This document shows, piece by piece, positions 20,918 through 32,581 of a stretch of DNA of 46,732 nt. The position numbers and the translations under genes are program-made. Every line of letters starts with the position of its first letter. The stretch's first letter is position 1. The notes beneath the pieces were generated by a model. The model did no database searches and was not told the origin of the DNA. It was given only the letters and a program-made list of their open reading frames with translations. The stretch comes from Chiloscyllium plagiosum (Eukaryota): assembly GCF_004010195.1 (NCBI RefSeq), contig NW_025214580.1, positions 1-46,732 on the forward strand, read 5' to 3'.

Positions 20918-23900
20918 AAGAACATAGAACACAGTACAGCATTGGGACAGGCCATTTGACCCACCCTGTCTGTGCTAACCATGGTGCCATTCTAAACTAA
21001 TCCCATCTGCCTGCACACCCCTCTATTCCCTGCCTGTTCATGTGAATGTCTGCATGCCTCTTAAATGCTGCTATCATATCTGCTTCTACTACATCCTCTG
21101 CCAGCACATTCCAGGCACCTACCACCGTCTGTGTAAAACCTTTTCTTGCAAATATCTTTTATACTTTTCTCCACTTGCCTTAAACTATATTTTCACCTAA
21201 AAAGACTCCAACTATCCATCCTATCAATGCCTCTCATAATTTTGTATATTTCTATCAGGTCTATCCTTAGCCTCCAACACTCTAGTGAAAACAATCCCAG
21301 TTTGTCTAATCTCTCCTTATAGCCAATACTCTCCAATCCAAGCATCATCCTGGTAAACTTCTCATATGCTCTCTCCAAAGATTCCACATCCTACCCATAG
21401 TGTGGTGACTAGAACTGCACATAGTACTCCAAATGTGGCTGAACCAAAGTCTTATAGAGCTGCAAGTCTTATAGACTGGCTAACTTTTACACTCAGTGCC
21501 CTGACTGATGAAGGCAACCATGCTGTACACCTTTTTTAGCACCTTATCCACTTGTGTTACCACGTTTAGGGAGCTATGAATTTGCACCCCAATATCCCTC
21601 TGTATATCCTTAGGGACCTGTCATTTACTCTATATTCTCCTCTTGCATTTGACCTCCAAAATGCATCATATCAAAATTGCCTGGATTAAACTCCATTGTT
21701 ATTTTTCTGCCCAACTTTCGAACTGACCTATATCCTGCTATATCCTTTGACAACCTTCCTCACTATCCACAATTCTACCATTTTCATATCATTTACAAAC
21801 GTATTAAAATGGCCATCTACTTTTTCATCCATATCATTTATATAAAATACAAAAAATAGAGATGCCAGCACTAATTCTTGTAAAACACCACTGGTCATAA
21901 ACTTCCTGTCAGAAAAATACCCCTCCACAATTACTTGCTGTCTTTTATGACCAAATCACTATTATACCCAAATTACCAACTCATGGTCGATCCCATGTGA
22001 TTTAATCTTTTGGAACAGCCTACTACGGGGCACTTGTCAAATGTTTTATCAAACTCCATGTTCACTACATCCACTGCATACCATCATCCATCACCTTCGG
22101 CACGTCTTCAAAAAAACTCAAATTTGTGAAATTAGACCTCCTCCACAAAATGTCATGCTGACTGTCCCAAATAAGTCCATTCTTTTCCAAATGAAAATAA
22201 ATACATTTGGAATCTTCTCCAGTAGTTTCCCTACCACTGATGTAAGGCTCACCTGCCTATAATTTCCTGGATTATCCTATTGCCCTACTTAACAAAGGAA
22301 TAACATTGGCTATTCTCCAGTCTTCTGGGACCTTACCTGTGGCTAAAGAAGAAACAAAGATCTCTGTCAAGGCCCCAACAATCTCCTCCCTTGCCTCCTT
22401 CAGTATCCTGGAATAGATCCCATCAAAACCTGGGGACTTGCCTATCTTAATGTTTTTAAGACACCCTCTCTCTTATTATCAACATGCCCCAAAATATCAA
22501 TACACCCCTCCCTAACCTTACCATTGTCCATGTTCTTCTCCTTGGAGAATACCAATGCAAAGTACTCATTATGGTCCTCGTCCTCTGGCTTCACGCATAA
22601 ATTCCCTTCTTTGTCCTTGAGTGGACATACCTTTTCCCTAGCCTCTCTCTTGCTCTTAATATGTAGAAAATACATTATAATTCTTTTTATTCTACTTGCC
22701 AAGAATATTCCATGGCTCATATTAGCCTCCTAATTCCTTGTTTAAGTTCCTTTCTACTCCCTTTATGTTCATTAAGAGCCTTGTCTGATTTCAATTTCCT
22801 AAAACCCATATATACTTCTTTTTTTCCTTTTTTTAACTAAACTTTCAATATCTTTTATCATCCAGCACTCCCAAATCTTGCCATCATTATCTTTCATGCT
22901 CACAGGGTCCTGCTGGTCCTGAACCTTGATCAACTAGCCTTTAGAAAATTTCCATACGTCAGATGTGGTTTTACCTTCAAATAGCCACCAGGAATTTAAA
23001 TTCTCCAGATCCTGCCTATTACTATTATAATTATGTCTCCTAATTTAACACTTTCACCTAAGAACCAGTCTTATCCTTACCCATAATAATCTTAAAACTT
23101 AAGGAGTTATGATCAAAATGCTCCCCCACTGAAACTTGGATAACATGGCCAGACTCATTCTCCAATACAAGGTCTAGTATAACCTCTTCCCGAATTAGAC
23201 TATCTACATACTGTTTCAAGAAACCCTCCTGACTGCACCTAACAAATTCTACCTCATCTAAGCTCCTGGCACTAAGGGATTCCCAGTCAATATTGGGAAG
23301 TTCAAATCACTCACTACAACAAATTTGCTGTTTTTATATCTTTCCAAGATCTGCTTACATATCTGTCTCTCTATCTCCCGGTAGCTGTTGGGAGATCTAC
23401 AGTCTAACATCATCATAGTAATTACACCTTTCTTATTCTTCAGTTTTACCCATATGGCCTCACTGGTTGAGCCCTCTAAGTAGTCCTTTCTTAATGTAGC
23501 TGTGACTTTTCCTTAAACAGGTGCCCACACCTCCTCCCTCACCTCCATCCAAGGCCCCAAAGGAGCCTTCCACATCCATCAAAGTTTTACCTGCACATCC
23601 ACCAATATCTTTTATTGTATCCGTTGCTCCCGATGCGGTCTTCTCTACACTGGGGAGACTGGACGCCTCCTAGCAGAGCGCTTTACGGAACATATCTGGT
23701 ACACCCGCACCAATCAACCACACCGCCCTGTGGCCCAATATTTCAACTCCCCCTCCCACTCTGCTGAAGATATGAAGGTCCTGGGCCTCCTTCACCGCCG
23801 CTCCCTCACCACCAGACGCCTGGAGGAAGAACGCCTCATCTTCCTTATCTCTCCATCCTTCAGGCTCTCTGCCTGTAATCCTGATGAAGGGCTTTTGCCC

Positions 23901-24090
23901 GAAATGTCAATTTTACTGCTCCTCGGATGCTGCCTGAACTGCTGTGCTTTTCCAGCACCACTCTAATCTAGATTCTGGTTTCCAGCATCTGCAGTCATTG
24001 TTTTTACCATTGTAGTCCCATGTACTAATCCAGGCTCTAAGCTCACTTGCCTTACCTGATATAGTCCTTGCATTAAGTAAATACACTTTA
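20918..24090 (-). mobile_element. Long decayed CR1 LINE interrupted by a PLE at 23520-24008
   Basis: ORF remnants 21193-21387, 21728-21928 and 22442-22720; tail at 20918. Confidence 0.85.
23520..24008 (+). mobile_element. Penelope-like element 3' part (GIY-YIG) with hammerhead
   Basis: FTCTSTNIFYCIRCSRCGLLYTGETGRLLAERFTEH; AATC-CTGATGA-A-GGGC-tttt-GCCC-GAAA-TGTC at 23877-23908. Confidence 0.88.
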
Positions 24091-24324
24091 GCCAGCCCTG
24101 CTTGATCTTCCTAATAGAATTACTTGACTTAACATTGACCTTCTCCTCAAATACTCCAATGCTGACTTGCTGCTCTGATTACCATCCCTCTGTCCCCAAC
24201 TGAAGAACAGGACTTCCAATCTTGCCAAAGTAGATGGCAGTGAAAAGCTGAAGTGGCACTCACAGGAAGACAAGGGGTCTCTTTCAATAAGTAATCAAGC
24301 ATAATTCAAATGATAAGCATACAA

Positions 24325-24935
24325 GTTAGCTCGTTGAGCTTGAAGGTTTGTTTTCAGACATTCCATCATCATACTCGGTAACATCATCAGTGAGAGTCTC
24401 CGGTAAAGTGCTGGCGGTATGTCCTGCCTCTCTATTTATAGGTCTTGGTTTCTAAAGGTGGGTGATGTCATTTCCTGTTCGTTTTCTCAAGGGAAAGTAG
24501 ATGGGATCTAGATCGATGTGTTTATTGATGGAATTCGAATTAGAATGCCTGCCTCTAAGAATTCTTGTGCGTGTCTTTGTTTCGCCTGTGTTAGGATGTG
24601 TGTCTTGTCTCAGTCAAAGTGGTGTCCTTCTTTGTCTGTATGGATAGAAACTAGTCTTGTCTTTTGGTGACCATTGGTGTTCATCTACCCTGGTGGCAAG
24701 TTTCCTTCTAGTTTGTCTGATGTGCTTTTTTACAATTCTTGCATGGTATCTTGTAAATAACGTTAGTTTGCTAGTGGTATCAAATGGATCCTTTAGGTTC
24801 AGTGTTTAAGTGTGTTGGTAGGTTTGTGAGCTACATGATACCAAGGGATCTGAGTAGTCTGGAAGTCACTGCTGATCTATCTTTGATATAAGTTAATGTG
24901 GCTATAGTTTTTGGTTGCATTGTGTCTGCTTGTTT
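24325..24935 (-). mobile_element. Penelope-like element 3' part, related to 13657-14263
   Basis: Reverse-complement similarity to 13657-14263 throughout. Confidence 0.8.
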
Positions 24936-24940
24936 GGGTT

Positions 24941-26173
24941 TTGATAGTCACAGGTGAGGTGCCAGAAGACTCGAGGTTGGCAAACGTGATGTCACTGTTT
25001 ACGAAGGGCGGTAAAGACAAGCCAAGGAACTATAGACTGGTGAGCCTGACCTCGGTGGTGGGCAAGTTGTTGGAGGGAATCCTGAGGGATAGGATGTACA
25101 TGTATTTGGAAAGGCAAGGACTGATTTGGGATAGTCAACGTGGCTTTGTACGTGGGAAATCATGTCTCACAAACTTGGTTGAGTTTTGTGAAGAAGTAAC
25201 AAAGAAGATTGATGAGGGCANNNNNNNNNNNNNNNNNNNNNNNNNNNNNNNNNNNNNNNNNNNNNNNNNNNNNNNNNNNNNNNNNNNNNNNNNNNNNNNN
25301 NNNNNNNNNNNNNNNNNNNNNNNNNNNNNNNNNNNNNNNNNNNNNNNNNNNNNNNNNNNNNNNNNNNNNNNNNNNNNNNNNNNNNNNNNNNNNNNNNNNN
25401 NNNNNNNNNNNNNNNNNNNNNNNNNNNNNNNNNNNNNNNNNNNNNNNNNNNNNNNNNNNNNNNNNNNNNNNNNNNNNNNNNNNNNNNNNNNNNNNNNNNN
25501 NNNNNNNNNNNNNNNNNNNNNNNNNNNNNNNNNNNNNNNNNNNNNNNNNNNNNNNNNNNNNNNNNNNNNNNNNNNNNNNNNNNNNNNNNNNNNNNNNNNN
25601 NNNNNNNNNNNNNNNNNNNNNNNNNNNNNNNNNNNNNNNNNNNNNNNNNNNNNNNNNNNNNNNNNNNNNNNNNNNNNNNNNNNNNNNNNNNNNNNNNNNN
25701 NNNNNNNNNNNNNNNNNNNNNNNNNNNNNNNNNNNNNNNNNNNNNNNNNNNNNNNNNNNNNNNNNNNNNNNNNNNNNNNNNNNNNNNNNNNNNNNNNNNN
25801 NNNNNNNNNNNNNNNNNNNNNNNNNNNNNNNNNNNNNNNNNAATAGACAAAGTCTTTTCCCTGGGGTCAGGGAGTCCAGAACTAGAGGGCATAGGTTTAG
25901 GGTGAGAGGGGAAAGATATAAAAGAGATTTAAGGGGCAACTTTTTTACGCAGAGGGTAGTACTTGTATGGAGTGAGCTGCCAGAGGGAGTGGTGGAGGCT
26001 GGTACAATTGCAACATTTAAGAGGCATTTGGATGGGTATCTGAATAGGAAGGGTTTGGAGTGGTATGGGCCGGGTGCTGGCAGGTGGGACTAGATTGGGT
26101 TGGGATATCTGGTCGGCATGGACGGGTTGGACCGAAGGATCTGTTTCCGTGCTGTACATCTCTATGATTCTAT
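24941..26173 (+). mobile_element. CR1 LINE fragment spanning an N gap
   Basis: TGEVPEDSRLANV...NYRLVSLTSVVGK before the gap; RTRGHRFRVRG and a ctctatga tail after it. Confidence 0.9.
25221..25840. other. Assembly gap (N run)
   Basis: 620 N bases inside a CR1. Confidence 1.
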
Positions 26174-26990
26174 AATTGGCAGATTGTGTTTATTAGGTAT
26201 CCGTTTTTCTTGAAATAGATAATTCAATTGAGTTAATTCAGTTTAAGACAGATTTCTCTCTCTGACAATTTCAAAGTGACATTTTAGGCAGACTGAAGCA
26301 TTTTCTTCTGGGATACTGAATGCCAGATTTGGTGCCTAACATCTCAATGCCTCCCCCTGCCATTGATAAATCATTTGTAACCTTGCCTCGTATCTTCTAA
26401 ATAAACATATGATCACAACGGTACAGGGGTCAGAATAAGAGACCCTTTGCTATTTGCTTCCAGCTCCATGATCCTATTGCATCAGGGTCATGGAACTGGA
26501 TTCTAACCAAGGAATGTTTGACCTACACAGTAAAATTAATATGTTGATGATTCCAATGTACGCAAACATATCCTGCACTATCAAGTCATCATCGTAATAG
26601 AAAACCAATATCTGAGATGTCGCTCAAAATTATTCTTTTAGTGATTATGCCTCATTGATATAATTGTCAAGAGCTGGAGCACATGCGGTTTCTTCATTGT
26701 CTTGACGTCCTTTAGAGAGTGGCATTTAACTGTGACTAACTTTGTCGTTCAGGATATACATCAAACTATTAATCTGTTTACATGAGCACTCTACAAGATA
26801 CAGACATGGTGAATGTTCTTGGCAGTTCTGCTTAGTAACAAAATCACAATATGATTAAAGCCAATTCAAAACTCAATAGTTAAGAATTAACATTACAAAA
26901 ACAACCTAAATATACTCAAAAAACTGTCAATTCAATGCATGGAATTTCAACATACAATAGCATTTACCAGCCTCTTCTCCTTTTCAATAG

Positions 26991-27312
26991 GTTTGAGTGT
27001 CCCTGTTCAAATTCATGGTCCTCAGCCCATGTCGTTGTTTTGTTTCATTACCGACTAAAAAGGCACAAAGGAACAGTACTGCTGCGCCCATTCCAACAAC
27101 GATGTCGAGACTGCTGGAACTCTTTTGAGCGAAAGCCAATCATCAATCAGACCCAAATGCAGAAAGTACTTGATCGACTTATTTTAAAAATCTGTAAAAA
27201 CTGCTACATGGAAGAAGTACCTGAGCTTGAAAGGAATTTACAATATCGCAAGACCAAACCCCATGAGACATCACTCTGTGAGGCCTGCGAATGGGGTTTA
27301 TGTCGTATATAA
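26991..27312 (+). CDS. RTP-like gene B, terminal exon carrying the zf-3CxxC zinc-binding domain
   Basis: Acceptor cctcttctccttttcaatAG|G, then (R)FECPCSNSWSSAHVVVLFHYRL...GTVLLRPFQQRCRDC...PHETSLCEACEWGLCRI*. Typical RTP/ZAR1 motifs (W.S, FH, G.V..R.F.Q.CxxC, H....CEAC..G.C). AATAAA at 27431-27436. Confidence 0.92.
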
Positions 27313-27430
27313 AATTGATGTGGTTGACTGAATTACATCTGGAGTAGAACTTCCACTTTTGATGACAGAAATAAGTTATGATCAAAAATATAATTGAAAT
27401 CATGCTGATTACATTGTAATTCGATTTACC

Positions 27431-27436
27431 AATAAA
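27431..27436 (+). terminator. Polyadenylation signal of RTP-like gene B
   Basis: AATAAA about 120 nt after the stop codon at 27310-27312. Confidence 0.55.
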
Positions 27437-27844
27437 GTATTTGAGCATCACAAACATAAAACCTTCTCAGAGCTAGCACAATCATGAAAGAAGATAACTA
27501 TGTATTTTATTTCAATTAAACACCATTGTTTCACATATTTGAGAGGTGGTAATTTTGTAACTATTGTTACCATTCACTAAAGGTGACAACTGATTAATTA
27601 CCAAAAATAAGCATTTAAGTGCACCTGAACATACCTTGGAAAATGTAATAAGTTTACTGGTGTACACTTGTTAGCATCTTAATGAATAACATTTTTTGAT
27701 GTGCTTGTGCGTTTAAGAAAATGTGTGCAATTTCTTGAAACAGCGCAGTGGGTGGAATCACACAATTTTAAATCTTAAACTAGTATAGAAAATCGTGGAA
27801 AAGAGAAATGCCGGTGGTTTTGGACACGGTTCACTTATATGGGA

Positions 27845-28880
27845 TCATAAAAAACAGGAGCACAAGTAGACCATCTAGCCCAGCAAACCTGCTCCACCAT
27901 TCAAAAGATCATAGTTGATCTGATTATGGCCTAAGTCCACTTTCCTACTGGCCTCCATCATCCTTGGATAATTTAGCAATCAGAAATCTGTCTAACTTGA
28001 ATATATTCATTGCCCTAGTCTCCACTGCTTTCTGTGGAAGAGAATTATGAAGACTAACAACCCTTAGAGAAGGAATTCCTTCTTACTTCACCTTAAATGA
28101 GAAGCCCTTTGTTTTAATCTGTGCCTTCTTGCTCTAGGATCCCCCGCAAAAGGCATCGTTCTTCCAGCATTTACTCTATTACGTGTCTTCAGAATCTTAC
28201 ATTTCATGTGATCACTTCTCACTCTTCTAAGCTTCATTGAATAGGGACCCATCTGAAAACTATTACTCTTAAGACAATCTCTTTATCCCAGGAATGCATT
28301 CATTAACATCAGCAGAAGAATACGCCAAAAAAAAAATTCTCCCATTGCTTGTTTCTCATACTGAAGATTGGGTCCCAGGATCCATAAGTCATTCGCCAAT
28401 ATGACTTTTTTGTTATTGATCTATGGGATGCAGGCTTCACTGGCTAGACTAGCATTTTGTCCATTCCTAATTACATTGGAAAGAGTGGTGGTAAACTGCC
28501 TTTTTGAATCACTCCAATCCTTGGGGTGTTAGGACACCCACATTGCTGTTAGGAAGGGACTGCCAGGATTCTGATTCATTGACAGTGAAGGAAAGGTAAT
28601 ATAGTTCCAAGTCATGCAGGAACAACCAGATCTACTATGATTTCAATGGTAGAGCAGACTTATGGGTCAAATGGCCTCATTCTATGACTTATGAATCATA
28701 AAGCACAGAAGAGGCCCTTTGATCCATCAAGTCTGCTCCAAACAAATCTACACACACCCCACTTTCCAGCACTTGGCCCATAACCTTGAATATTATGAAA
28801 TTTCAAGTGCTCATCCAAGTACTTTTTAAAGGTTGTAAGATTTTCCAGCTCAATTAACCTCCCAGGCAGTGCATTCCAAA
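27845..28880 (-). mobile_element. Cluster of decayed LINE 3' ends (about 27845-28290, 28420-28620, 28690-28880)
   Basis: Reverse-complement CR1 tails; ORF 28696-28956 contains WNALPGR...TFKKYLDEHL. Confidence 0.65.
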
Positions 28881-29049
28881 TTGTGCTTTTATGGCTTGGT
28901 TGACATTTTATTTTCACATAACTCAATAGGTTTTTCCCAGCCAATTGAATTTTCACTATATTTCTTCATTAATTAAAATTGTTGAGTTTCTTTTTACTTA
29001 CAGACACATTAACACCATTTTACAGCTTCTGGTTCCCAATATAATCCAC

Positions 29050-30275
29050 ATAAATTTCCATGAAGGCCTTTAACAAGTTGCTAAACAGGAGGCTGCTAAA
29101 TGAGAAAATAACCCATGGTGTTAGGGGCAGGGTACTAGCATAGATAGAGGGTTGGCGACTGGCAGAAGGCAAAGATTGAGGATAAAGTCGGTTTCTTCAG
29201 GATGGCAACTGGTGACTAATGGACTTCTACATGGGTCAGTGTTGGGACAACTATTTACATTATACTGACATGGGTCAGTGTTGGGACAACTATTTACATT
29301 ATACATTAATAATGAGGACAAAGGAACTGAGGACATTAATGTTATCTGCAAACTTAGTAATGAAGGTAATTGGGGAATAGGTAGTGTTGAGATGTGGGGA
29401 GGCTGCAAAAGGACATTGATAGGCGAGGACAGTGGACAAAGAAGTAGCAGATGGAATACAATGTGGGAAAGTGTGAGGTTATGCACTTTGGTGAGAAGAA
29501 TAGAGGCTTAGACTATTTTCTAAATGGAGAAAGGCTTTGGAAATCTGAAGCACAAAGGAACTTAGGAGTCCTAGTTTAGGATTCTCTTAAGGTTAACAAG
29601 CAGGTTCATTTGGCAGCTAGGAAGACAAAAGCACTATTAGTAATCATTTCAACAGGGCTAGAATACAAGAGCAGAGATGTACTGCTGAGATTGTATGAGA
29701 CTCTGATCCAACCACATTTATATTATTATAAGCAGTTTGGGCTCCATGTCGAAAGCAAGTTATGCTGGCATTGGAGGGGTTCCAGAGGAATTGTACAAGA
29801 ATGATTCTAGAGATCAAGGGCTGGTCATAGGGTGTGGTTGAAGACTTTGGGTCTGTACTTGATGGAGTTTAGAAGGATTGGGTAAGGTGGTAAGGGGTCT
29901 CATTGAAATTTACAGAATTCTGAGACACTTAGTTAGTTTGAATGTGGAGAAAGTGTTTCCACGAGTAGGAGAGATGAGGATCCGAGGGCACAACTCAGAG
30001 TGAAAGGACAGCTCTTTAGAACTGAGATATGGAGGAATTCCTTTAGCCAGAGGGTGGTTAATCTGTGGAATTCATTGCTGCAGAAGGCTGTGGAAGCCAA
30101 GCTGTTAGTAAATTTAAGATAGATGTTGATATGTTCTTGATTGGTAAGGGGATCAAGGATTATGGACAGAAGGCAGGAGAATGATGTTGAGAAACATATC
30201 AGCCATGATTGAATGGCAGTACATGCTCAATGAGTTTACTGACCTAATTCTGCTCCTATATTTTATAATCTTAAT
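29050..30275 (+). mobile_element. Decayed CR1 LINE with an internal 37-bp duplication (29229-29265 / 29268-29304)
   Basis: RT remnants (GLEYKSRDVLLRLYETL); acatgggtcagtgttgggacaactatttacattatac occurs twice. Confidence 0.8.
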
Positions 30276-30349
30276 ATGTCACCCAGAATAAGTATTTATA
30301 TAACAATTAATTACTAGCTATTTAAAATAATAACAAACATTGTCTTTTA

Positions 30350-30900
30350 GCCACAACCAATAAGGAAAAAAGTCTTATGAACTTCAGTGACGATATTATT
30401 CACATTTCGCAGACTGTCAGCACCTTCGCTTTATATTGAAAATGAAAAGCCGCATGTGCAGAGTCTTCAGGTGTGGATCTCCAGGTGAGAAGGGTGATTG
30501 CTGAACTACAGATCCCAGCATCCACAGCGCCGCGTGGTGCAGGCTGGGATGTGGTGTGAACCTTGCGTTGTGGGTATTGTGTCTATGGTTGAAGGACTAT
30601 AACTCCCAGAATTCCTTGGTACTGCTACTGGGAGAAGCGGGCAGGTTAGAGTTGGTGAACGTTGTTTCGGTAACGGACGAACTCGAGTGATACTGGACGG
30701 GAGTGAAGGGGAGCGGTCTCCTGTCAGCATGCGCGGTGAGTTGAGGAGGCAGTGTGGAGTATCTGAGGGTGCTGTGCAGGCTCAGGCGGGTGTGACTGTG
30801 TGTGGGCCGGAGAGCGGTTCCCTCGGTAACTGGGTCACAGCGACAGTGGGGTTAGGGGCATGACCTCTCTGTGAGTGCGGGCAGGGCCCATTCCCCAACA
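30350..30900 (+). promoter_or_regulatory. CpG-enriched promoter and non-coding first exon of the MUL1-family gene
   Basis: Clearest non-repeat GC/CpG-rich patch in the window. CCAAT at 30357-30361, ZNF143/THAP11-type motifs at 30505-30523 and 30596-30615, donor GCG|GTGAGT at 30735/30736. Confidence 0.7.
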
Positions 30901-31738
30901 CCCCAGGGTGAAACATCCCAAATCACTGACTCCACCTTAAACATCTAAAAAGGGAGGACCTGGGAAAGAGTGAGTTACAGCAGGAAAGGGCTGTGTTTAC
31001 TCCAAGTAGAGTCATAGGACGAAACAACACAGAGGAAGGACCTTTGGCCCATCTTGACCTGTTGATCTATGGTTAAGAGTTGCATTGGGTCCCCATAATC
31101 TTTTATTATGTCTCTTCTAGTCTTTATTCTCGTTTATAGATGAGTGCTTTTACTCTTGCAGCTAGTGCATTCCAGATCACAAAACAATTTGTTGTGTGAA
31201 ATAAAAGTTTCCTCCTGTTGTTCTTTGCCATCACCTGTATCCCACTGAGCTACCAACCTTAGTTGTTTTGAACTGTAGGGAACTCTACGGTTATTGGGAA
31301 CAGGCCGGACAGTGGAGTTGGAGTTCGGATCAGCAACACATCAACCAAATGATCTTACTGAATGGCAGAGCAGGCTTGATGGGATAAATAGAAACCAAAA
31401 TAACTACCGATACTGGAAATCAGAAACAGAAACAGCTGGGAAAGAAAGGAAGAAGGGTCACTGAATGTAAAACATTAAAATCTTTTCTCCACAGAATCTG
31501 CCAGATCTGTGCTTTTCCAGCAATTTCTGTTGATGGGATAAGTTTTTCTTGTGTTCCTACTTCTCATGTCTGCCACTGAAAAAGTTTTTCCTTATTTACT
31601 TTATCAAAGTCTTCATAATGTTGAACATTTCAATCAAATCTAATCCTGGTCTCTGTTATAAAGAACAACCGCAGCTTCTCAAGAGTCTGCACATCCCATT
31701 AATCCCTCATTTGTTATAATTTTTATGTGTTTTGACAG

Positions 31739-31827
31739 ATAATGCAGTGTGAGAACTGTCTGAAGGAAATTTACTAAGAATTGTTAACAATCTGGCTCCT
31801 GTACTGCATGCTGTTGTCTTCTGACAG
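31739..31827 (+). other. Candidate 5' UTR exon of the MUL1-family gene, with a uORF
   Basis: Acceptor ttttatgtgttttgacAG, donor CAG|GTGAGA. Contains ATG...TAA (MQCENCLKEIY*, 31742-31777). Confidence 0.45.
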
Positions 31828-32581
31828 GTGAGATCTTTTATATGAAACAAATGACACATCATACCGATTTGAAAGTATTCAGTCAGAATTTACTGTCGAG
31901 ATTAGTGAGGCTAATGGCACAAGCTGTTGTTAATGATAAATGGGACTGTGATTTCAGTCAAGGAGCAGATATGTGGTCAAAGTTTAGATATAAAATTTGT
32001 CTCAATTGTGCAATTTTATAAAGGATAATAAAAATTGTTTTGCTTTTCTGAGCATTGGATCATCCATGTTTCCACTCTAGAGTTCTGAGCTATCATGATG
32101 CCATGTATTCCATGGATCCATTCAAAAAGCTTCTAGATTATTGGATTTCCTAACACAGGAGTTATATGATGTACACATATTTTGGTTCCACAGTTTTTAG
32201 GTGTTTGATGGTCAGAGAGATTCCAAACGTGTCACATTCTAATCACGTTTCCCCTTTTTTCCCTTTATTTGTCTCATTTAATCTTTAATATTTTTGTTGT
32301 CATTTTCTCTATATGATTTGACTTTTAATTCACTATGCTGTGTTTATTTTTCCATCCACTCCATAAACATTGAAATTTATCAAATGTCCTTTTCCTTTAT
32401 GTCTGCGATGTCTTTTTGTCTTGGCTGTGTCTTTATCACTTCGCACTTTTGATACCTTTATGTGCAAATCATTTTTGAACTGAAGATTTCAAAAATGAAT
32501 CTCACTTATGGCAGAGGGTGTTCATATTCTATTACAATATGTTCTGTCCATATTTTATGTATTGTGACATCCTGTTGCACT

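Noticed and set aside
24911..26093. Long ORFs across the second gap
   Set aside because: Artefacts of N runs within a CR1 copy.
26935..26990. ORF-track start MHGISTYNSIYQPLLLFN of the RTP ORF
   Set aside because: Intronic polypyrimidine tract; the exon begins at 26991 after AG.
30506..30730. 74-aa minus-strand ORF in the CpG-rich region
   Set aside because: Expected by chance in GC-rich promoter DNA; no homology recognised.
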